From positions 149,366-213,365 of the forward strand of contig CAZWTT010000001.1 in NCBI GenBank assembly GCA_964637315.1: DNA of 64,000 bases, given 5' to 3'. Numbering within the stretch: the stretch's first letter is position 1; each line of letters opens with the position of its first letter. Below are positions 29,787 to 40,499 of this stretch, in pieces. The translations under genes were made by a program, and so were the position numbers. The notes under the pieces were generated by a model, which made no database searches, was not told the origin of the DNA, and was given only the letters and a program-made list of their open reading frames with translations. The DNA comes from an uncultured Dehalococcoidia bacterium (lineage in GTDB: Bacteria; Chloroflexota; Dehalococcoidia; Lucifugimonadales; UBA2962).

Positions 29787-31703
29787 ATGCCAAAGATTTT
29801 AGGAATAGACCTGGGGACCACCAACTCGTGCATGGCCGTCATCGAGAGCGGAGACCCGAGTGTGGTGGAGAACTCGGAGGGAGCACGGACGACACCTTCG
29901 GTGGTGGCCGTCAATCCCAAGAGCGGTGAGCGCTACGTCGGGTTGACCGCTAAGCGACAGGCGGTCACCAACCCGGAGAACACGGTCTACTCGGTCAAAC
30001 GCTTCATGGGCAGACGACACAACGAGGACACCATAAAGCAGGACCTGGAGTTGACTCCTTATCAGATCTCGGCGGCGTCCAATGGCGACGTGGCCGTGAC
30101 GATGGCGGACAAGAAATACGCTCCTCCCGAGGTCTCTGCGATGATCCTTCAGAAGATGAAGGCCGACGCCGAGGCCAAGCTGGGGGAGACGATTACCCAA
30201 GCGGTCATAACCGTACCGGCCTATTTCGACGACAGCCAGCGCAACGCCACCAAGGACGCCGGCAGGATAGCGGGACTGGAGGTGCTGCGGATCATCAACG
30301 AGCCCACGGCGGCCTCGTTGGCGTACGGCTTGGAGAAGAAGGGCGACGAGACGATTGCCGTCTTCGATCTCGGCGGCGGGACGTTCGATATCACCATCCT
30401 CCAGCTGGGTGAGGGGGTGTTCGAGGTTAAGGCCACTAATGGTGACACCCATCTCGGGGGTGACGATTTCGACCAGCGGATAATCGACTGGATTGCCTCA
30501 GAGTTCAAAAAGAGCGATGGTATCGATCTCAAAGCGGACCGGATGGCGTTGCAGCGCCTGCGAGAAGGGGCCGAGCGGGCTAAGATTGAGCTGTCGACCC
30601 TGATGCAGACCGAGATCAATCTGCCCTTCATCACGGCCGATTCTTCCGGGCCGAAACACTTGGTCATGACCCTTTCACGGGCCAACTTGGAGAGCCTGGT
30701 GGGCGACCTGGTCCAGCGGTCGATGGACCCATGCAGAAAGGCTATAAAGGACGCCGGCGTCGCCTCCTCGGAGATCGACGAGATTATCCTCGTCGGCGGT
30801 ATGACCAGAATGCCGGCGGTTCAGAAGGCCGTGGTGGACCTGTTCGGCAAGGATCCCAACCAGGGAGTCAATCCGGACGAGGTGGTGGCGATGGGCGCGG
30901 CCATCCAGGGCGGCGTGTTGCAGGGCGAGGTGCAGGATCTGCTCTTGCTCGACGTGACCCCGCTCACCCTGGGAATCGAGACGATGGGGGCGGTCACGAC
31001 CCCGCTCATCCCTCGCAACACCACCATACCGACGGCCAAGAGCGAGACTTTCACTACCGCCGCCGACGGCCAGACCGCCGTGGACGTCCACGTTCTGCAG
31101 GGTGAGCGGGCCAATGCCGGGGACAACAAGACTATCGGCAAGTTCAAGCTGGATGGCATCCTGCCGGCCCCCCGGGGAAAGCCCCAGATCGAGGTGTCAT
31201 TCGACCTGGACGCCAACGGTATCCTCAACGTGTCGGCCAAGGACAAGGGCACGGGCAAGGAACAGAAGATTACAATCACCGCATCATCCGGCCTGTCCGA
31301 TAGTGAGATCGACCAGATGGTCAAAGACGCCGAGGCTCACGCCGAGGAGGACGAGGAGCGGCGCAAAGCCGTTCAAACCCGTAACGAGGCGGAAGGCGCG
31401 GCCCACGCGGCCGAGAAGATGATCGCCGACAACCCGGACTCCGTTTCCGAGGAGCAAAAGACCGAGATCGAAGGGAAGGTCGCCGAGGTGCGCAGCGCTC
31501 TGGAGACGGACGACACAGGTCGCATCAACCTCGCGGTGCAGGAGCTACAGGAGGCGATGCAACGCGTCGGTCAGGCCGTCTATGCAGAGCAGGCTGCAGC
31601 CGCCGGAGCCGACCCCGACGGTGCGCCACCACCACCCGGCGGCGGACCGGAAGACGGCGAGTCCGAGGACGGCACCATAGAAGGCGAATTCAAAGAGGTT
31701 TAA
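29787..31703 (+). CDS. dnaK: Chaperone DnaK
   Basis: [30 protein letters not shown]. Confidence 0.99.
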   Translation: MPKILGIDLGTTNSCMAVIESGDPSVVENSEGARTTPSVVAVNPKSGERYVGLTAKRQAVTNPENTVYSVKRFMGRRHNEDTIKQDLELTPYQISAASNGDVAVTMADKKYAPPEVSAMILQKMKADAEAKLGETITQAVITVPAYFDDSQRNATKDAGRIAGLEVLRIINEPTAASLAYGLEKKGDETIAVFDLGGGTFDITILQLGEGVFEVKATNGDTHLGGDDFDQRIIDWIASEFKKSDGIDLKADRMALQRLREGAERAKIELSTLMQTEINLPFITADSSGPKHLVMTLSRANLESLVGDLVQRSMDPCRKAIKDAGVASSEIDEIILVGGMTRMPAVQKAVVDLFGKDPNQGVNPDEVVAMGAAIQGGVLQGEVQDLLLLDVTPLTLGIETMGAVTTPLIPRNTTIPTAKSETFTTAADGQTAVDVHVLQGERANAGDNKTIGKFKLDGILPAPRGKPQIEVSFDLDANGILNVSAKDKGTGKEQKITITASSGLSDSEIDQMVKDAEAHAEEDEERRKAVQTRNEAEGAAHAAEKMIADNPDSVSEEQKTEIEGKVAEVRSALETDDTGRINLAVQELQEAMQRVGQAVYAEQAAAAGADPDGAPPPPGGGPEDGESEDGTIEGEFKEV

Positions 31704-31738
31704 CGACCTAGCCTTGCCACTCTGAAGCCACGGACCGA

Positions 31739-31757
31739 GCCCGTCCAACTGACGGGC
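31739..31757 (+). terminator. Putative terminator after dnaK
   Basis: GCCCGTC-CAACT-GACGGGC followed by a T-rich tract. Confidence 0.5.
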
Positions 31758-31964
31758 CCGGTTATTGTTGAGTTTCGTCGCGCTAGGTCATCCTAAGAAT
31801 GGTCGTAGATGATGGCAGCGCCTGATAAGTTGCCTGCACGGCGAGGCTGCCCGACACGGTGGGTAAGACGAAGCAGTGCTACGCTGTGGAGAAGACTCTT
31901 AACCTCCAACCCTGAAGGACTATTCCTCCGGGCGGAAGGGCGGGTAGCGGTCGGTGCCCAGGGC

Positions 31965-33626
31965 TCAGTACTGCTTGGTGTTTAACACCCAGCGTGTGAG
32001 GGGGCTCGGCGACGGACTGGTGCGGACGTTGACCACCGACGGCCGGCCGGATCCGAAGGCCCGCTTTAGCGCCGGGCCGATCTCGGCGGCGTTCTCGACG
32101 TATTCGCCGTGCGCGCCGAGGGCCTCGGCGATTAGATCGTAGCGGGTGCCGGACTGAAGCTCGGTGGCCACTGAGCGGCCGAAGAACCTGACTTGCTGGT
32201 GATAGTCGATGCCCCATACCGAGTCGTTGCCGACGACGATTACCACCGGGATGTTGTGGCGCACCGCGGTGTCGATCTCCATGCCGTTAAAGCCGAACGA
32301 GCCGTCGCCCGCTATCACCACCACGCGAGAGTCGGGCAGCGCCGCCTGCGCTCCGACCCCGAACGGGATTGCCCAACCCAACATCCCCATCACGCCGTTG
32401 GTGAACCAGCGGTCCTTTTTTACCGAGGACAGGTACGCTGCACCGTAGAAGCCGACGTCGGCTCCCTCCAGCACCAGGGCATCGTCGCGGTCCAGCAGTG
32501 GCTCGACGACGGTGTGGATTTTCATCGTGTGGATGCCGGGGCCCGTTTCGGCGGCCGCAGCCAGATCGGCCCGCTCTCGGTCCCGGCTCTCTCGCAACTC
32601 GGCTACCAGCGATCCCTCGGTCCATCTCCTGTCCTCGGCCGCGGCAGTTAGCTGGGCGACCGCCGCTCGCATGTCGGCGACGATTCCGACGTCGGCATCT
32701 CTCGTGTGACCGATCACGGTGAGCTCCGGGTCGACCTGCACGATGCGGGCGTCGGCCGCGATGACGGGAGGCTCTCCGAAGTTAAGGGTGAAGTCGAGTT
32801 TCTTGCCCAGCAGGAGCAACGCGTTGGCCGTGCCGATGAGCTTGGCCGCGTCGACCACGCGTGGGTCGGCGATCCCGCCACAGTAGGGGTGGTCGTCGGT
32901 GATCACTCCCCGTGCCGCCTCCTCCGTGAGTACCGGGATTCGAGTAATCTCGGCCAGTCGGTCGAGGTCGCCCTGCCGCAGCGTCCATGCGCCATTGCCG
33001 GCTAAGATCACCGGGCGGCTCGCGGTGTTCAGGATGCCGATTGCCGCTTTGATTGATGTGGGGTCGGCCTCCATAGGCGACGACACGTTTTGGTACGCCG
33101 GGTGTGGCCGCACGTCACCTTCATCCACGCTCGCCGTCTGTACGTCGACGGGGATGGTGAGGTGCACGGGGCCGCGCCGGCCCGACATGGCCGTGCGGAA
33201 GGCGCTAGAAAGGATCTCGGGTAGTCGACGAGTATCGGATACCATCCAGGCAGCCTTGGTCACCGGGGTGGCCATGCCCACCTGGTCGATCTCCTGCGCC
33301 GCCCACTGTCCCAGCCGGTCTTGGGCGGCGCAGCCGGTGATGTTTACCAGCGGAGATTCGAGCTGGTGGGCGAAGGTCAGGCCCGGTATCGCGTTGGCAT
33401 GGCCGGGAGTGGTGAACATCGAGACGCCAACGCCGCGGATGCGGCCCCAGGCGTTCGCCATGTCCACCGCGCCCTGTTCGTGCCGGGTGTCGATGAAGCG
33501 GAAGCCGTCGCCCGCCAAGCGGTCCATGAGCGGCAGCGTGTGATCACCGGCGATGGCGAAAATGGTGTCCACTCCCCAGTCGGTCAATGACCGCGAAATA
33601 AGCTCTGAGCCGGTGATCTTGGGCAT
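31965..33626 (-). CDS. Thiamine pyrophosphate-binding protein (acetolactate synthase/2-hydroxyacyl-CoA lyase-like)
   Basis: DTRHEQGA, GPVHLTIP.D, GDGSFGF...GNDS TPP motif. Confidence 0.9.
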   Translation of the reverse strand: MPKITGSELISRSLTDWGVDTIFAIAGDHTLPLMDRLAGDGFRFIDTRHEQGAVDMANAWGRIRGVGVSMFTTPGHANAIPGLTFAHQLESPLVNITGCAAQDRLGQWAAQEIDQVGMATPVTKAAWMVSDTRRLPEILSSAFRTAMSGRRGPVHLTIPVDVQTASVDEGDVRPHPAYQNVSSPMEADPTSIKAAIGILNTASRPVILAGNGAWTLRQGDLDRLAEITRIPVLTEEAARGVITDDHPYCGGIADPRVVDAAKLIGTANALLLLGKKLDFTLNFGEPPVIAADARIVQVDPELTVIGHTRDADVGIVADMRAAVAQLTAAAEDRRWTEGSLVAELRESRDRERADLAAAAETGPGIHTMKIHTVVEPLLDRDDALVLEGADVGFYGAAYLSSVKKDRWFTNGVMGMLGWAIPFGVGAQAALPDSRVVVIAGDGSFGFNGMEIDTAVRHNIPVVIVVGNDSVWGIDYHQQVRFFGRSVATELQSGTRYDLIAEALGAHGEYVENAAEIGPALKRAFGSGRPSVVNVRTSPSPSPLTRWVLNTKQY

Positions 33627-34759
33627 TACGCCGGGCGGATGCCGTGTATGGGGAAGATCAATCCGTGCAGCGCCTGCACGCCGCCCTCGGCGTAGGTGCG
33701 TGCTTCGCGGCTCACTTCGTCCTTGATCGGCAGATCGTCGGGGTCGAGCAGGGACTCAATGCGGTAGTCACCGGCGTATGGCTCCGGTATTGCTGGCGCC
33801 AACTCTTGGCCGGACATGATGGCGAAGGCCTGGGCCCAGCAGCGGGCGACGGCCTGCAGGTCGTAGCCGCCACCTCCCAGCGCGAGCCAGGGATGGGGCA
33901 TCTTTGAGAAGACCCGGACCACGTCAGAAAATCCCTGCACCGTTTGCGCCAGATGGGTGATGGGGTCGCGGTAGTGGGTGTCGATGCCGAGCTGGGTCAC
34001 CAGTATGTCAGGGGCGAAGCGCTTGATCAGAGGTGGCACCACTTCGCTGAACGCCCAAAAATATGTATCCGGGGTGGTATGGGGGTAAAGAGGCAGGTTG
34101 ACCGAGTAGCCCCGGCCCCTGCCCGCGCCGGTTTCCTGCGCCCAGCCGGTGCCGGGAAACAGGTAGGCGCCGGACTCGTGCAGGGAGATTGTCATCACCC
34201 GGTCGGTCTCATAGAACGCGTTCTGGACGCCGTCACCGTGGTGGCAGTCGACATCCACGTATGCCACTTTCAGGCCTTTCGCTACCATGGCCTTGATGGC
34301 CACCACCGGGTCGTTGAACACGCAAAAGCCGTACGCGTAGCCGGGCATTGCGTGGTGCAGCCCACCGGACACGCTGATCGCCGCGTCCACGTCGCCGGTC
34401 ATGAGCATCTCGGCGGCAACGATGGACGCCCCCGTGGAAAGGGCCGAGGCGTCGAAGACGCCGAGGTAGGCGGGGTTGTCGCCGGGGCCGAAGTTGTACC
34501 GGTGGGCGTCGGCCGGGACCTCTCCCCGTCCGTACGACTTCACCGCTTCGATGTACTCGGGCGTGTGGTAGCCGCCGATCTCTGCGTCGGTGGCGGGCCG
34601 CGGCTCGATGAGCAGGGCGTTGTCGGGCTTGAACGCGCCGTAGGCTTGGAGAAGCTCGTGTGTGTAACGGAGCCGCTCCGGCTTCATCGGGTGGGTGTCG
34701 CTGAGAACGTGCTGAGACAGCGCGTCGGAGTAGACGAAGGCCGAACGCCGAAGGGACAC
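33626..34759 (-). CDS. acuC: AcuC-like zinc-dependent deacetylase (HDAC family)
   Basis: HPMKPER, GGLHHA, GFCVFND, DVDCHHGDG, GGGGY; GTG start at 34759. Confidence 0.88.
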   Translation of the reverse strand: MSLRRSAFVYSDALSQHVLSDTHPMKPERLRYTHELLQAYGAFKPDNALLIEPRPATDAEIGGYHTPEYIEAVKSYGRGEVPADAHRYNFGPGDNPAYLGVFDASALSTGASIVAAEMLMTGDVDAAISVSGGLHHAMPGYAYGFCVFNDPVVAIKAMVAKGLKVAYVDVDCHHGDGVQNAFYETDRVMTISLHESGAYLFPGTGWAQETGAGRGRGYSVNLPLYPHTTPDTYFWAFSEVVPPLIKRFAPDILVTQLGIDTHYRDPITHLAQTVQGFSDVVRVFSKMPHPWLALGGGGYDLQAVARCWAQAFAIMSGQELAPAIPEPYAGDYRIESLLDPDDLPIKDEVSREARTYAEGGVQALHGLIFPIHGIRPA

Positions 34760-34763
34760 GCCC

Positions 34764-35531
34764 CTACCGACGAACCGGCTTGAGGTCGAGCGTTTCGCCC
34801 GGGTTCGCGACGGAGACATCCGCATCCCTGCTCGTGGCCAGGGCAGCAATCTCGCTTCGAACGACGGCTTCCCAGGGCGGGTTCATGTGGGTGACCAGCA
34901 CTCTTGGGATGTAGCCTCTTGCCGAACGAAAGTCGTTCAGCTCCGTCTCCAGCAGGCGGGGGGTGAGGTGCCCTTGGAGGTTGGCGATTTTGTGGTTTTC
35001 GTTTCCGAAAGTAACCTCGATGAGCAGGGCGTCTGGCTCGATCTTCCGCCAGATGTCGCCCAGGCCTGGGCCGGTGTCGCCAGTGTAGAACAGGGACACT
35101 TCGCCGTCGGAGACGTAGTAGCCGGTACACGGGACGCTATGGTGGACCCGCAGCGACTGGACCTCGTGTCGGCCAACGGTGAACCGGTCGCCGTTGTCGA
35201 TGGGCCTGGGGGTTACGGTGTTCCAAGGCACGCCGCGCACCTTGGACTCCGGAAGGTAACGGTCCATGATGTAGTCCAGGGTCTCGGGCAGGCCGTAGAC
35301 GTCGAAGGTGCCGCCGGTGTAGCTGATGTTGTGCTTGAGCGTGGGCAGGTCGCGCACGTGGTCGTTGTGCTCGTGAGTGATGAGCACAGCGGCGATGCGG
35401 CGCTGCTCGTCGAACGTTAGTCCGCGGGAGCTACTGCCGGCATCCAGTGCCAGAACGTCGTCAACGACGTACCCGGCCATGCGGGTGTCGTCGCTCTCCA
35501 TGTTGTTGACGCCGAGGATGCGCAGCTTCAT
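34764..35531 (-). CDS. MBL-fold hydrolase, class II cyclic-nucleotide phosphodiesterase-like
   Basis: LALDAGS, THEHNDH, HSVP, YTGDT, EVTF.N, GHLTP. Confidence 0.75.
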   Translation of the reverse strand: MKLRILGVNNMESDDTRMAGYVVDDVLALDAGSSSRGLTFDEQRRIAAVLITHEHNDHVRDLPTLKHNISYTGGTFDVYGLPETLDYIMDRYLPESKVRGVPWNTVTPRPIDNGDRFTVGRHEVQSLRVHHSVPCTGYYVSDGEVSLFYTGDTGPGLGDIWRKIEPDALLIEVTFGNENHKIANLQGHLTPRLLETELNDFRSARGYIPRVLVTHMNPPWEAVVRSEIAALATSRDADVSVANPGETLDLKPVRR

Positions 35532-35623
35532 TCAGGCTATTTTAGGCGGGGGTCCACGCGGCGGCAATCGAGCCAGCACCTCGATTGTTGGGGATTGTGC
35601 GCAGTCGTTGCTGTGGCTTGCGA

Positions 35624-37036
35624 CTAGGGGGGTGTGTCGAAACGGGGGTCGAAACGCTCCAGCTCGTCGCCACGGGGAGTGGTGGTGACACGGCGCCGAC
35701 GCAGCAGCCAGCCAGCTCCCGTAACGGCGGCGGCAAAGGCGGCGGCAAGGGCCAGCAGCAGCGAAGTGCCGAAGGTGCCGGGGTCTGCCCGGAACCCTTG
35801 CTCGAAGCCGTCGCGCTCCGGTGTCGGTGGTGTGGGGTCGATCGGCGGCTCCCCGCCATCGGTCCCGACGGGATCCGACCCGGCCGGGTCGGCGGATGGC
35901 ACCACGCCAAGGGTTAGGCGCCACTCTTCGTCGAGCACTTCGAGAGACCGTCCATAGGCGCTGGCGACGGTGTCCTCGAACCGCGACCCGAGACTCAAGG
36001 CGCGGACCACTCGCGAGACGCTGCTTTCGCCATAATGCTGAACCATGTAGCGGACTAGGCTGCGGGCCTGGGCGTAGAACAACCGAACGTCGGCGGGCCG
36101 TCCCGGCTGGCCTCTCATCGCGGTTAGCGACAGCAGCGAACCGGAGCGGGCGGCCGCCAATACGTCTGGGTCGGTGCGAGACCCACCGGACTCGAAGTAC
36201 ATGGCCAGCCCCTCGTTGAACCAGGCTGGTACGCGGCCCAGCGGCGAGACGACGGCCTCGTCCAGCAGCAAGTGTGTCATCTCGTGCACCATGCCGTCCA
36301 CCCCGAGGCCGACGAGAACGAAGAGGTCGTATTCCCCGTAGGCGAACCCGGCGTACAGGTGGCTGTCGGTGGCGGCGGAGCTGATGGGCGGGAAGCTGCG
36401 GGTCGCCTCCCGCCGGTCGTTGAGGATCACCGCCCGCATCACCGGCGCCGAGTCCAGTCCGAAGACATTCTGGATCTCGGTCAATCGGTTGTTGACCCGT
36501 TTGGCGGCGGTCTCCACGCGGTCGCTCGGGCGGTCGTGCCACAACACCTCGATGTTGTCCATGGTCATGGTCTGCCAGTCGAACGCCGGGTCGAGGTAGA
36601 GAAGGTTCTGTGTGCCCGATTTCAACCGCTGACCGAGCGCGTTTTCGATGACGTAGTGATATTGGATCTCAACGCCGCTCGGGATGTACGCTGCCCGTCT
36701 GGCGTCGATGGAGAATTCGGCGGCGACGGTTGTGCCCTGCTCGAAGGTCGGGTAGCCGTACACGGATATGGGATGAGAGCCGAGTCGGTAGTAGAAGGTG
36801 ATCGCGGTGATCGGGCTCTCGGATTCGGCCACCAGCAGGAAGTCGATGCGGTCTGGAAAGATCACATCATGACTTGAGGTCACAACGCTAATGCCGGATC
36901 GAGACTCGACCACCGGGGTCCCGGACTCGGCCGAGTCCGGGACCCCGGGAGGCGCGGCCGCCATTGCTGTGCCGACTAACACGGCCAGTACAAGGGGCAG
37001 CAAAAGGGTGGTCATGCGTGTCATGTGAATACGCAA
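35624..37036 (-). CDS. Secreted, membrane-anchored peptidase MA family metalloprotease
   Basis: Signal peptide, HEMTH...WFNEGLA gluzincin motif, C-terminal TM followed by RRRR. Confidence 0.82.
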   Translation of the reverse strand: MRIHMTRMTTLLLPLVLAVLVGTAMAAAPPGVPDSAESGTPVVESRSGISVVTSSHDVIFPDRIDFLLVAESESPITAITFYYRLGSHPISVYGYPTFEQGTTVAAEFSIDARRAAYIPSGVEIQYHYVIENALGQRLKSGTQNLLYLDPAFDWQTMTMDNIEVLWHDRPSDRVETAAKRVNNRLTEIQNVFGLDSAPVMRAVILNDRREATRSFPPISSAATDSHLYAGFAYGEYDLFVLVGLGVDGMVHEMTHLLLDEAVVSPLGRVPAWFNEGLAMYFESGGSRTDPDVLAAARSGSLLSLTAMRGQPGRPADVRLFYAQARSLVRYMVQHYGESSVSRVVRALSLGSRFEDTVASAYGRSLEVLDEEWRLTLGVVPSADPAGSDPVGTDGGEPPIDPTPPTPERDGFEQGFRADPGTFGTSLLLALAAAFAAAVTGAGWLLRRRRVTTTPRGDELERFDPRFDTPP

Positions 37037-37050
37037 GGGTTGGTTACCGG

Positions 37051-37707
37051 CTATATGCCGGTGATGCGGATCGAGGTGTGGGCCCTGTGGATGCGGTTGA
37101 TGTTCATCAGCAGCGCGGTCAGGTCCTCGGCGTAACGGGCGTTGACGAGGCCGCCCCCGTCGATTGCCCGCGCCCCCCGGATGAGGCCGGTCAACTCGGC
37201 GACTTCGGATTTGGCCCGCTCGTCGTCAGAAAACACGAAGACGTCGGAGTCCACAGATGCCTCCGGCCTGAGCAGGTCCCGGGCTGCCACGTTGTGGAAC
37301 GCGGCCGCCACCCTCGCGTTAGGCAGCAGGGCCGCCGCCTGCAGTGCGGCCGAGCCCTCGGGAACGGATAGGGCGGCGGCGACGCCGTTGTCGAAAGTGA
37401 CCGGGGCGACCACCGTCACCACCAGTTTGCCGGTAAGCTTTGGGGCGATCGATTCGAGGGTCGGGCGCTGACCAGCATATGGAACAGCGATGAAGACAAT
37501 GTTCGCCTCGGTCGCGACTACGTCGTTGTGGGCGCCGGTGATCGAGCCAGGCGGCGCCTTGTCGGCGATCTTGGCGACCGCCGTGTTCGCTCTCTTCTCG
37601 TCGCGAGAGCCGATCATGACCGTGAGTTCGGCCAGGGCGAACCTGAGGGCGAGCCCGCGACCCTCGGGGCCGGTACCACCAATGAAGCCGACTGTCGATG
37701 TTGTCAT
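37051..37707 (-). CDS. npdG: NADPH-dependent F420 reductase
   Basis: GGTGPEGRGLA, IGSR, AVPY, GSAA, AAFHNV. Confidence 0.9.
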   Translation of the reverse strand: MTTSTVGFIGGTGPEGRGLALRFALAELTVMIGSRDEKRANTAVAKIADKAPPGSITGAHNDVVATEANIVFIAVPYAGQRPTLESIAPKLTGKLVVTVVAPVTFDNGVAAALSVPEGSAALQAAALLPNARVAAAFHNVAARDLLRPEASVDSDVFVFSDDERAKSEVAELTGLIRGARAIDGGGLVNARYAEDLTALLMNINRIHRAHTSIRITGI

Positions 37708-37868
37708 CCTTCAATTGTCCTCTCGCTGCTGGTGGTACGGCAAGGTGGTGGGTGTGCAAAGCTCGATTGCGTCCCCACCTGACCGCCACTACAATGACCC
37801 GACCCTCGCCCGGCCTGTAAAAGGTGGCGCGCCGGGTGCGAGGCTCACTCGATCGAGGAGGACCGAGT

Positions 37869-39884
37869 ATGGCCGAGTTTGGCGTGGAAAAGCTGCGAAA
37901 TGTGGCCTTGCTTTCTCATAGCGGGGCGGGCAAGACGATGATCGCAGAGGCGATGCTCTTTGCGGCGGGACAGACGTCTCGTATCGGTAGTACCGACGAC
38001 GGTACGACCGTCTCCGACTACGAACCGGAGGAAGTCAAGCGGACCGCCAGCGTCCAGACCTCAGTGATACCGGTCGTCACGGCAGGGCACAAGCTCAACC
38101 TACTGGACACGCCGGGCTTCGCCGACTTCCGTGGCGACGTCGTGTCGGCACTGCGAGTCGCCGATGGAGTCGTCGAGGTGGTCTCAGCCAACTCAGGAGT
38201 GGAAGTGGGCACCATCCAGACATGGAACATGGCCGGAGAAACCGGGCTACCCAGGCTGATCTTCGTTAACAAGATGGACCGCGAGAACGCCGATTTCGAC
38301 CGGGCGATGAGATCGATCACTACGGCATTCGGAAGAGAGTGCGTGGCGGTCAACATCCCCATCGGCGCGGAGGCCTCGTTCTCCAGGGTTCACGACGTAC
38401 TCGTCGCCAATCCCCCGGTTGAGGTGGGGGATCAGGTGGCATCGGCTTACGAGAGGCTGGTCGAGGCGGTGGCCGAGAGCGACGACGACCTCGCAACTAG
38501 ATACCTTGAAGGGGAGGACCTGTCCGCCGAGGACGTTTCGTCCGGCCTTAAGAAAGCCGTTGCCTCAGGAGGCGTCATCCCCGTGCTGTTCGGGTCGGCC
38601 ACCAAGGGCGCAGGCATCGAGGAATTGCAGGACGCCATCATCTCCCTCCTCCCGTCCCCGGCCGCGGTTGAGGGTGCGAGGGGCGAGGAACAGGGTGCCG
38701 CCGACGACAAGCTGGCGGCCTTCGTGTTTAAGACCTCGGCCGACCCGTTCGTGGGCAAGCTCTCTTACTTCCGGGTAATGGCCGGGACGCTAAAGAGCGA
38801 TTCCCAGGCGTGGAATGCCGGCGCAGGTGAGGCGGAGCGCGTCGGCCAAGTATTCGTCGTTACCGGCAAAGACACTAAGGCGGTCCCGGCGTTGGGGCCT
38901 GGAGACATAGGAGCCGTCTCCAAGCTCAACTCCGTTCAGACGGGCCACACACTAACGGTAAAGGACGGTCCGGTAACTCTGGCCGGTACCGATTTCCCGG
39001 CCCCCGTCTACCACATGGCCGTTCGCCCCACGGCCAAGACGGACGTGGACAAGCTCACCAGCGCCCTCGCTCGCATATCCGAGGAGGACCCGACCTTGAC
39101 GGTCGGACGCCAACCCGACACGGGCGAGTTGCTCATCGGCGGCCTCGGTGACACGCACGTGGTCGTGGCGATGGAGAAGATGAACCGCAAGTTCGCCGTC
39201 GACGTCGACCTAGCGGTGCCCAAGGTCGCGTACAAAGAGACAGTCAGATCCAATTCGAGGGTTGAGCACAAACACAAAAAGCAGTCCGGCGGCCATGGCC
39301 AGTATGGTCACGTGTGGCTGGAAGTCGGGCCACTGCCTAGGGGCGCTGGTTTCGAGTTCGAGGCCAAGGTGGTCGGGGGATCGGTTCCCAGAGAGTACAT
39401 CCCCTCGGTTGAGAAGGGTGTGTCCAAGGCGATGGGTGATGGAGTGCTGGCGGGCTTCCCGGTGGTGGACGTCAAGACCGTTTTGGTGGATGGAAGCAGC
39501 CACCCGGTCGACTCCTCGGGAATCTGCTACGAGATCGCCGGCTCCCAGGCGTTCCAAAAGGGCATAAAGGCGGCCAACCCCATTCTGTTGGAGCCCATCA
39601 TGACGCTCACGGTGACGGTGCCCGACGACGCGGCGGGGGACATCATGGGCGATGTGAACGGGCGGCGGGGGCGCATTCAGGGAATGACCCCACAGGGTGA
39701 TGGCACCACCGTGATTGAGGCCGAGGTCCCACAGGCAGAAGTGCTGCAGTACGCCACCGACCTGCGGTCACAGACGCAGGGACAGGGTACTTTCACGATG
39801 GCGGTGGCGCGACTGGTGCCGGTACCGGACCACCTAGTCGGACGCATAGTGGAGGCCCACGAAAAAGAGGCGGTAGCCGTCTAA
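37869..39884 (+). CDS. fusA: Elongation factor G-like protein (EF-G2 type)
   Basis: HSGAGKT, DTPGF, NKMDR, KKQSGGHGQY, LLEPIM; not in an str operon. Confidence 0.9.
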   Translation: MAEFGVEKLRNVALLSHSGAGKTMIAEAMLFAAGQTSRIGSTDDGTTVSDYEPEEVKRTASVQTSVIPVVTAGHKLNLLDTPGFADFRGDVVSALRVADGVVEVVSANSGVEVGTIQTWNMAGETGLPRLIFVNKMDRENADFDRAMRSITTAFGRECVAVNIPIGAEASFSRVHDVLVANPPVEVGDQVASAYERLVEAVAESDDDLATRYLEGEDLSAEDVSSGLKKAVASGGVIPVLFGSATKGAGIEELQDAIISLLPSPAAVEGARGEEQGAADDKLAAFVFKTSADPFVGKLSYFRVMAGTLKSDSQAWNAGAGEAERVGQVFVVTGKDTKAVPALGPGDIGAVSKLNSVQTGHTLTVKDGPVTLAGTDFPAPVYHMAVRPTAKTDVDKLTSALARISEEDPTLTVGRQPDTGELLIGGLGDTHVVVAMEKMNRKFAVDVDLAVPKVAYKETVRSNSRVEHKHKKQSGGHGQYGHVWLEVGPLPRGAGFEFEAKVVGGSVPREYIPSVEKGVSKAMGDGVLAGFPVVDVKTVLVDGSSHPVDSSGICYEIAGSQAFQKGIKAANPILLEPIMTLTVTVPDDAAGDIMGDVNGRRGRIQGMTPQGDGTTVIEAEVPQAEVLQYATDLRSQTQGQGTFTMAVARLVPVPDHLVGRIVEAHEKEAVAV

Positions 39885-39921
39885 AAGATAAGGCCCGACC
39901 TCAGGTCGGGCCTTATCTTTT
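39883..39921. terminator. Bidirectional intrinsic terminator
   Basis: AAAAGATAAGGCCCGACC-TCA-GGTCGGGCCTTATCTTTT, perfect inverted repeat. Confidence 0.92.
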
Positions 39922-39923
39922 CA

Positions 39924-40370
39924 CTAGGGTGTGCGCTGGCTGGTCCAGATGGTGTGGTAGTTGTCGCCCATCACCACCCGGGCCATTTCGGCCTTCTCTT
40001 GACGCCGCAACTCCTGCAGCGCCTTGTCCATGTACTCTGCGGCTCGCTTGTGGCCCGCCCCCTTTAGGCGTTCGACCAGTTGCTGCCAGATGCCGTGCGC
40101 CCGGAGGCTGTCGACGTATCGTGGCCAAGCTATGACCGACAGGCTGTGTCGACGAGGAAATCCGGGGCGCAGCCTGCGAATGGACCTCATCCGTTCTTGA
40201 GGGGAGGCGACCATGGACATGATCTTGACCATGGGCCCCGAGTGCTCCGTCGAGCGCAGGTCTAGGACAAGCGACTTGCGGAACATCGGAAAGAAGATCG
40301 ATAGGACGTCGGCGCCCTTCAGATCGGTTAGGATTTCGTCGACGTCGAACTCGAAGTCTCCGTCCATCAA
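39924..40370 (-). CDS. Hypothetical protein
   Basis: 148 aa ORF with GGAGAG SD ending at the terminator. Confidence 0.7.
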   Translation of the reverse strand: MMDGDFEFDVDEILTDLKGADVLSIFFPMFRKSLVLDLRSTEHSGPMVKIMSMVASPQERMRSIRRLRPGFPRRHSLSVIAWPRYVDSLRAHGIWQQLVERLKGAGHKRAAEYMDKALQELRRQEKAEMARVVMGDNYHTIWTSQRTP

Positions 40371-40499
40371 CAGGCACTCTCCATAGCAGTTGCGTTGGGT
40401 GGGCCGGTGAGGCCGTCGACGAGCCGCGGATGCGATATCTGACCTTGATCCGGCACCTCCATTTTACGTCTTTATGGAGGAGTTCGCCAAGTGGCAGTT

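Noticed and set aside
31760-31960. Possible sRNA or small ORF between dnaK and the TPP gene
   Set aside because: Only weak stems (GGCAGC/GCTGCC) and no recognisable motif or protein family
9987-36542. Long antisense or alternate-frame ORFs (e.g. 9987-11081, 20768-21634, 33944-34783, 35532-36542)
   Set aside because: Shadow ORFs of real genes, expected from high-GC codon bias; no motifs
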